Source: a virus
IMG/VR virus record: IMGVR_UViG_3300037324_000043
Span: 2,660 to 66,659 of that record
DNA: 64,000 nt
Strand: one strand, 5' to 3'
Positions within the stretch are counted from its first letter, which is position 1. Every line of letters begins with the position of its first letter. Positions 57,955 to 64,000 of the stretch are shown piece after piece. A program made the position numbers and the translations under genes. The notes beneath the pieces are model-generated. The model saw only the letters and a program-made list of their open reading frames with translations. It made no database searches and was not told where the DNA came from.

Positions 57955-59775
57955 ATGATTGAATACAGAGTTATCAACATAGATTATGATACTAATGATA
58001 TAAAAGGTTTACCCGTATCATTAGATATTAAAATACCTTTTGAAATAATGGAGGAGGGCGAAGAGTCTATTGACTATTTTATAAGTGACGAAATATCTAA
58101 TTTAACTGGATTTTGTCATTTTGGTTATAATAGATTAATTATAAATAATTAACCCCCAAGACATGACACCAAAAACCAAAACTTACACTTACTCAATCAG
58201 GAACAACAAAGTTGAGATTAAAAAGGTCCAAAGAACTAAAACACAATACGAGTATTTTTTAAAAATATTCATAGGCCAAAGTGACTATGAGTCTATTTTA
58301 ATTTATCAACGAATGTGGTTAACAAAGAAAAACGCACTAGCACACGCCAAAGACGCTATAATAGACGCCAAAAAGCCAAGACTAGAAAGAGTAATATAAC
58401 CCCTAACCGCTTCAGGCCATTGGTTTGGCTTGGAGCACCTAACTAATTTAAAACCCCCAAGACATGAAAAAACGACTATTAAATGGTGAAATGATTGACT
58501 TAACAAATGAAATTGATTCAGTTACAATTTGGTTTCAATCAAAAACAAATAATTTTTGTTTAATGTTAAATGCAAAAGTTGTAAAGGCAACTAAAACATG
58601 GAATCCTATTCAAGAAAAACTAGAAAATATTGGGAATCTAAAAGAAATGTAATGAATGAATTGACAAGTCAAATTATATTTCACGTTGCAATAGTTATGA
58701 AGACATTCTTTGTAATAGACATTATTATCTTTTTAATCAACAAGAGTAAAAATATTTAAAACCCCCCAAACATGGAAGCACACGAATACGACGCATTGCC
58801 AGAGGAAGTAAAAACCATTTTAAGTGCCTTTGATGATAACAAGGATTTATACAAAGAATGTGTAAAGATCGAAACCAAGTTAGCCGGCATAAATTATCAA
58901 TGTAACTACGGTTTAGCCGGTGTAATTTACGACGTTAAGCCCCTCATCAAATTTGCTAAATTCTTCGAGGTTAACGGATATTGGAAGGACGACAAAACAA
59001 GCTTCAGAAACGCTTTATTTTCTGTAGATGTTCCAGATATCGACGCTGAAAAAATCAGCGATACGACCCAAATAAATGGGGTAAATGACGAGGATATATC
59101 TTTTTATGGCCTTGACGAATCCGAAATTAAAAGACTAATAGAAGAGGGAGCCAAGAACGATCAACTGGATTTTGTGATCACTGCTTACAAGCCTTTTTTC
59201 CCTCAACTAAAAACCCAGAAATTATGAGTTTACAAACTTACAGCGACGAGACGCTTATGCGAAGGTTACAAAATTACGATGAAAAATACTTTTTAAACCA
59301 TTCAAAATCAGTAGACAAATTCTCTGATGTATTGGACCTTAAAATGAGAGACAAAGCGAAGGAGATAGCCCAAGAGCTAACAAATAGAGGTGTATTTTTT
59401 TCAGCAGTACACCTGAAAATTAATAATTACTAGAAACCGTTAGAGCGGTTAAAAATAGGTGTTAAGCTCTAAGCGTGGAGGGTTCGCCCTCCAGTCACAT
59501 TAATTTTAAAAGCACGGGAAATGCACACAAATTTAGGCGCAGACGCGTTAAACACAATGGAAGGGTACAAGGAGCTATGTACCGATGGAGAGTTTGAAAC
59601 CTTCGAAAACGGGATAATAGGTTTTGATATCGCACTTACTGGTTTTGGTTATCCAGCAATAGAAGCAAAACATAAGCTCATAAACATTAGGGATTTAGAT
59701 TTCGATGGTTTTACAGCCGTTATGTATGTTTATTTTGGAAAATTGCCAAGCGAATATTTAGACAAAGCACTATGA
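57955..59775 (+). CDS. cluster of small early hypothetical genes (57955-58152, 58163-58399, 58464-58652, 58772-59227, 59224-59433, 59521-59775)
   Basis: Tightly packed + strand ORFs; four share an AACCCCCAA-type leader. Confidence 0.6.
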
Positions 59776-59947
59776 AAAACTTCTTTCATAAACCAAGACG
59801 TTACATGGGTAAAAAAAGCCCAGAGAACGACAATTTAGGGAACCTGATGCATAACTATAATTTCAGTATTGCAATACAGGAGAATAGTTCACAGGTCAAG
59901 ATTCAAGGCTTTATTTTATGGATCAACTAATTTTAAAAAGTAAACCA

Positions 59948-60400
59948 ATGAAAACTTACAAAAAACAAATCAGCCAATATTCACTGAAGAAAAACAAAAC
60001 CGATATTAATTCTATCAAAATAACGTGCAGCAGAGACGCTCAGAAATACGCAAGGCAATTTTATTTTGATGATATAGATATTTTTGAGAGCTTTTTTGTA
60101 ATTATGCTCAATAATGCCAATAATACTATCGGTTATGTGAAAATAAGTCAAGGAGGTATCACGGGAACCATGGTTGATGTAAGAATAGTGGCGAAATATT
60201 GCGTTGATTCATTGGCTGTATCTTGTATTTTGGTCCATAATCACCCCAGCGGTATAATGAAGCCGAGTCAATCAGATAAGGATATGACCAATAAGCTAAA
60301 AAAAGGACTGGATTTATTAGATGTGAAAATCCTTGATCACATAATTTTGTCACCAGAAGAAAACGAATATTTCAGCTTCGGTGATGAAAATTTAATGTAA
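59948..60400 (+). CDS. radC: RadC-like JAB domain protein
   Basis: ESFFVIMLN, ISQGGITGTMVD, LVHNHPSG..PSQSD, ILDHIIL. Confidence 0.9.
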   Translation: MKTYKKQISQYSLKKNKTDINSIKITCSRDAQKYARQFYFDDIDIFESFFVIMLNNANNTIGYVKISQGGITGTMVDVRIVAKYCVDSLAVSCILVHNHPSGIMKPSQSDKDMTNKLKKGLDLLDVKILDHIILSPEENEYFSFGDENLM

Positions 60401-60440
60401 AACTATATATTTAATAATCAAAAATCAAAACTTAGAAAAC

Positions 60441-60725
60441 ATGAAAAAAGTTGAGACTACAAAAACTGAATTTATAAAGGGCGCTGCTTATACTGCTCAA
60501 AATCAACATCAATCAGTATTAAATGGAGATACTGATTATGATTCAGCAAGAAAAACAGTTCTTAAATTTATGAATTTTGGATTAAAAGAAGGGCAGTATT
60601 ATAATATGATGGAGTATTTTGACAGTAAAATATCTGGATCAGGTGATGTAATGAAAAACAAAGTATTGCTTGAGAGTAGCAAAAAAGAAGCTTGGGAAGC
60701 CTTAGAATATTTTGATTTAATCTAA
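60441..60725 (+). CDS. hypothetical protein
   Basis: 94-aa ORF. Confidence 0.6.
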   Translation: MKKVETTKTEFIKGAAYTAQNQHQSVLNGDTDYDSARKTVLKFMNFGLKEGQYYNMMEYFDSKISGSGDVMKNKVLLESSKKEAWEALEYFDLI

Positions 60726-60895
60726 TATTATTAACAACCAGCGGAAGCCTAAGAAGCCATGCGAGATCACGACTCGTTCCGCTACTAACTTTAAATTCAA
60801 AACCATGAAACCAGAAACTAAAAAAGATGCACTATATTGGAGCATTATTATAATGCTAGGAGCCGCAGTAATAATTTTACTATAAAAAAAGGGAA

Positions 60896-61144
60896 ATGTC
60901 AGAAACAGAATATTCGGAAATAGAAAAAAATGATACGGATCTCGTTCAAAAAGTAGCTGCTCTAATAAGAACAAGGCGCGAAGAACTAGGAATGGGTCAA
61001 GTCCTTCTCTCACAATTAAGTGGAGTAGAAAGAGCTAATATAAGCAGGCTAGAGAGAGGTAAGCGCCCAGGGCTTACATTTTTAATCGTAGTAAAATTAT
61101 TCACTGCTTTGAAAATTGACTTTGCTGAGATTGACAATTTGTAA
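60896..61144 (+). CDS. XRE-family HTH regulator
   Basis: IRTRREELGMGQ..LSQLSGVERANISRLERG. Confidence 0.85.
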   Translation: MSETEYSEIEKNDTDLVQKVAALIRTRREELGMGQVLLSQLSGVERANISRLERGKRPGLTFLIVVKLFTALKIDFAEIDNL

Positions 61145-61159
61145 AGTAAAAAATCTATT

Positions 61160-61197
61160 AAAAAAGGTCCTCCGATTATTCGGCAGGACCTTTTTTT
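61160..61197. terminator. bidirectional terminator
   Basis: AAAAAAGGTCCT-CCGATTATTCGG-CAGGACCTTTTTT between convergent regulators. Confidence 0.75.
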
Positions 61198-61583
61198 ATG
61201 TCTAATAATTTCTTGATCATGCCTTCAATTCGATTTAGCTGTTCAGGAATAACAGATATTTTATTGAAATCGATCAATGCAGGAGGAATTTCGGTTTTCG
61301 GCAAGGCAATATTCAATAAATTTGCTTGAGATTGAAGATCTCCGCCAGTCAAGAGCACCGGCAACTGTCCAAATTTTAGAAAATTCATATTTACCTGCGG
61401 AAAAGTATTGACGATACGCTCCTTTATTCCACGACTTAGGCTATTCCTACCCTTTAAAATGTGAGGAATGGTTGATGGTGAATTGTACTCTAACTTTGTA
61501 TTAAAACTATTTGGATTGTGGTCTAGTGCGTTTAAAACCTCTTCCAAAATTTGTGCGTCTGTTAATCCCGATTCTTTTTTCAT
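61176..61583 (-). CDS. repressor-like HTH protein
   Basis: SFNTKL..SPSTI.HILKGRN.LS...IVNTFPQVNMNFL.FG. Confidence 0.7.
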   Translation of the reverse strand: MKKESGLTDAQILEEVLNALDHNPNSFNTKLEYNSPSTIPHILKGRNSLSRGIKERIVNTFPQVNMNFLKFGQLPVLLTGGDLQSQANLLNIALPKTEIPPALIDFNKISVIPEQLNRIEGMIKKLLDIKKGPAE

Positions 61584-61601
61584 TATTTCTATTGTTTAGG
61601 T

Positions 61602-62888
61602 TTATTCATATTTAGTATTCCAATATTTCTTAAGCTCATCCGCTGACTCAGTTTTTGTTTTTTTGATGTAGTGCAGCATCATATCTTCTTTTGCCCATCC
61701 GCAAATATTCATCAGATCTCTATTGGAAATATGCCCAAATAAATTAGAAGCAAAACTTCGGCGACAAATATGAGAACTTACAAGCTTATATTTTTTGTGA
61801 AGGCCATAAACTTTTCGTTTTTCCTTGGTTTTTTCATCGACTACAATTACACCGCCCTTTATTTGCTGGTCAATTTCAGCAATCATACAAATAACTTTGA
61901 TTTGCTCGTTGAAATGTTTGTCGCTGGTTTTAACGGGGAGATTGCCATGTCTTTTTTTAATCACTTCCCTAACCTGGGGATGAAGTGGAATTGTCACCCA
62001 TGCCCCTGTTTTTTGAGTTTTGATTCTAATATAATCCCCATCAATGTTGCTAATGTCCAGATTTTTATTGAAATCGCTGATACGAAGCCCTGTCCATAGC
62101 CCAATAATAGCATTATCTCTGATGTTATCGAGACTCAGATCATTGCTTAGGTCTAAATTGTACACAGAATCTATTTCCTTTTCGTTAAGATAGGGGTGAT
62201 CGATTTCTTCTTGGTCCTTTTCGACAAAAACTCTATCCTGATAGGTAGGATCTGTTTTTATTCCTTCGGTTTTAGCTCTTGAGATAAAGAATTTAGCTCT
62301 TGCTATCTGTCTCTTGGTCGTGTTCGAAGCATAATCTTTGCTAGTCATAAACGTGGTGAATTTATCCAGTATTTCATTGCTTACATCTTGGATTTTATAC
62401 GCCTTTTGACCCTCAAAGGATTTCCAGATCTTCAAAAAGGATTGATATTGCATTATAACACGCTTAGAGAGCATTTTATTTTTATCAGTTTTCCATTTGG
62501 GAGCCTTATTTTCTATCCACCAAAGGGCAAAATCAGAATAATACACGTAATGTTTCTCAATTGAAAGACGTTTCTCTTGCTTAGGTCGGTTGAAATATGA
62601 ACTCACAGCGTTATTTAGCCAATTCTTATCTATTATATCGCCCATCATAAAAGAATCGTTGTACGCCTCTAAAATGCCTATCTTAAGCTTTTCAAATTTA
62701 GCCTGCTTTTTTACTCTGTCTGATATTGACGAGAGGTTTTTGTAATTGGATTTTTTACTATCCCATTGCGAAGGATCAACGCTTAAATTAGTTGAGCACG
62801 AAATATCGAAGCTCCTGCCGTTGATAAATCGAATGTATAATGTTGAAGGATTTTTAGTGCCTTTTACGATTAGTTTTATTGTTGCCAT
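61602..62888 (-). CDS. int: tyrosine recombinase / phage integrase (Bacteroidota type)
   Basis: TGLRISD, KTQKT, HICRRSFA, GW, HY catalytic set; N-terminal arm-binding and SAM-like regions. Confidence 0.92.
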   Translation of the reverse strand: MATIKLIVKGTKNPSTLYIRFINGRSFDISCSTNLSVDPSQWDSKKSNYKNLSSISDRVKKQAKFEKLKIGILEAYNDSFMMGDIIDKNWLNNAVSSYFNRPKQEKRLSIEKHYVYYSDFALWWIENKAPKWKTDKNKMLSKRVIMQYQSFLKIWKSFEGQKAYKIQDVSNEILDKFTTFMTSKDYASNTTKRQIARAKFFISRAKTEGIKTDPTYQDRVFVEKDQEEIDHPYLNEKEIDSVYNLDLSNDLSLDNIRDNAIIGLWTGLRISDFNKNLDISNIDGDYIRIKTQKTGAWVTIPLHPQVREVIKKRHGNLPVKTSDKHFNEQIKVICMIAEIDQQIKGGVIVVDEKTKEKRKVYGLHKKYKLVSSHICRRSFASNLFGHISNRDLMNICGWAKEDMMLHYIKKTKTESADELKKYWNTKYE

Positions 62889-63232
62889 TTTGCTGATATT
62901 TTTTTCATTACCAAAATAAAAGCATCTTCAGTCATTACGGGTATCTCTATTGATTTATCATCTTTAGGATCGTAGCCCTCAATAGTATCATCAGCGCATT
63001 CAGCAAACAATTGAATAAAATAATCCTCGTCTAAGACTTCTTTAAGCTCACTAAATTTGGATTCTTTATCGTCAAATACCTTTATTATTTTATCATAAAG
63101 AGTTTTACCTCCACATTTCGACCAGTGATCTGAAATACCAACTATACCCGAAGGTAGAACTTTTTTGCACGAAGGACATTCCCATGTACTAGGCTTAAAC
63201 TCTTGATTGAACCATTTTTGTAATTCTTCCAT
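62876..63232 (-). CDS. hypothetical protein with CxxC...HxxxC
   Basis: 118 aa overlapping integrase start. Confidence 0.6.
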   Translation of the reverse strand: MEELQKWFNQEFKPSTWECPSCKKVLPSGIVGISDHWSKCGGKTLYDKIIKVFDDKESKFSELKEVLDEDYFIQLFAECADDTIEGYDPKDDKSIEIPVMTEDAFILVMKKISAKWQQ

Positions 63233-63410
63233 TTTCCCCGACGGTTTTAAATTATTTACTTTTTAACTCAATTAGCCTATTTGCTTCCTTGAGATTATGT
63301 GAAATTATTTTAATGGCATCCAAGCCAATAATTATGCTTGCTTGATGAACATTAGTGATTCCTTTTCTGGTTTTATATTCTTCATAGGTTTCCTCTTTCA
63401 TCCTGTTTAT

Positions 63411-63707
63411 TTATTTGAGTTTTAAAAAATTATCAGCGTCTTTAATCCCATTTGCTAATGCTTCCAAAAAGGATTTTTGTTCCTGCAAGAACCATTCACT
63501 GTTCAATAGATCAGAATTTTTCCATAATTCGCCATCTTGACATTCACCACTTTCTGCGAATGCAATATCATTATCACTTGGTAATTGATAAAGAGCATAG
63601 CACCAATATCCGTTTTCATGAATAACTTGAACCAATATCTTTTTTTCTATTAATTCAAGTTGTTGAACAATTAGTCTTTTTGCTAATTCTATTTCTTGTA
63701 ATTCCAT
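63411..63707 (-). CDS. hypothetical protein
   Basis: 98-aa ORF. Confidence 0.55.
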   Translation of the reverse strand: MELQEIELAKRLIVQQLELIEKKILVQVIHENGYWCYALYQLPSDNDIAFAESGECQDGELWKNSDLLNSEWFLQEQKSFLEALANGIKDADNFLKLK

Positions 63708-63731
63708 GGCTTTAAATTCAGTTATTAATTT

Positions 63732-63986
63732 CTAAAAAATAGATAGTTGATCCTTAAGTCTTTGCTCTTCTGGGATTTGATCTTTCGCCAATTCGAACCA
63801 AGGCTCTCCATCAGCTCTCTTTAAATTCATATCAACTTTCCCTAAAATAATGACCTTGTAAACTTCTTTATGAAATGTATCAACTGCTCTGATTAAATCA
63901 TTAATATTCAAAATTTGATATTCTCTAGAAAAATTACAATAGTAGTATTTGCCTTCGGATTCTTTGACGAGTTTAGTTCTAAACAT
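63732..63986 (-). CDS. hypothetical protein
   Basis: 84-aa ORF. Confidence 0.5.
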   Translation of the reverse strand: MFRTKLVKESEGKYYYCNFSREYQILNINDLIRAVDTFHKEVYKVIILGKVDMNLKRADGEPWFELAKDQIPEEQRLKDQLSIF

Positions 63987-64000
63987 AATACGGTCAATTG

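Larger units (their letters stand above)
54712..58443 (+). repeat. family of six intergenic 10-bp RNA hairpins (54712, 54920, 55149, 56347, 57873, 58409)
   Basis: Covarying stems, conserved loops ATTGGYTT or CGTAGCGAATAW, 3' tail A[ACT]CTAA in five of six. Confidence 0.75.
1..64000. mobile_element. Temperate Bacteroidota (Flavobacteriia-like) podovirus genome or prophage; ends not visible
   Basis: Terminase, portal, capsid, tail, lysis, RecT, repressor and integrase genes; no host genes; TAnnTTTG promoters. Confidence 0.9.

Noticed and set aside
54712-58443. attC sites or intrinsic terminators as explanation of the early hairpins
   Set aside because: RYYYAAC lies 3' of the stem with no matching GTTRRRY, and there are no U-tracts
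59440-60790. True tRNA genes
   Set aside because: No complete cloverleaf, anticodon arm or CCA could be built
85-62099. Many short ORFs antisense to long genes in the ORF track
   Set aside because: Shadow frames without motifs or start contexts
1-64000. Stop-codon reassignment
   Set aside because: Long genes are intact in code 11 and TAG ends genes at sensible places (for example the portal); the one in-frame extension at 46164-46211 is better read as a relic

Overview
The whole window is phage DNA; no host housekeeping genes are visible. It looks like most of a temperate Bacteroidota (probably Flavobacteriia) podovirus genome. This host and morphology call is inferred from TAnnTTTG promoters, DUF3127/BACON/DUF285 content and a Bacteroidota-type tyrosine integrase. 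Layout: (i) 1-12.1 kb, + strand, recombination/replication module (Rad50/SMC-like ATPase, MazG-like, RecT, MBL nuclease, SSB, initiator, C5-cytosine methyltransferase); (ii) 12.1-53.7 kb, - strand, virion and lysis module in crAss-like/Cellulophaga-podovirus order (TerL, portal, scaffold, MCP, ring proteins, split muzzle, three ejection proteins including a 2631-aa polyvalent protein, fibre cassettes, holin/M15 endolysin, two GroES-like genes), interrupted by a + strand island of small genes at 30.7-33.5 kb; (iii) a ~1 kb non-coding strand-switch region; (iv) 54.5-61.1 kb, + strand early operon; (v) repressor-like gene and integrase. Strongest signals: (1) the methyltransferase gene carries a fully overprinted +1-frame gene that supplies the missing motif IX and five tandem LPT(P) TRD-like modules; (2) the early operon has an rrn-like leader (promoter, hairpin, boxA-like GTTCATTGACAT) and is punctuated by six covarying 10-bp RNA hairpins with conserved loops and 3' tails; (3) a CGGGAA / TTCCCG motif pair split between translation-start regions and 3'-UTR hairpins; (4) integron-like cassette scars and duplicated fibre cassettes. 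All protein assignments come from motif recognition by eye; no database search was run.
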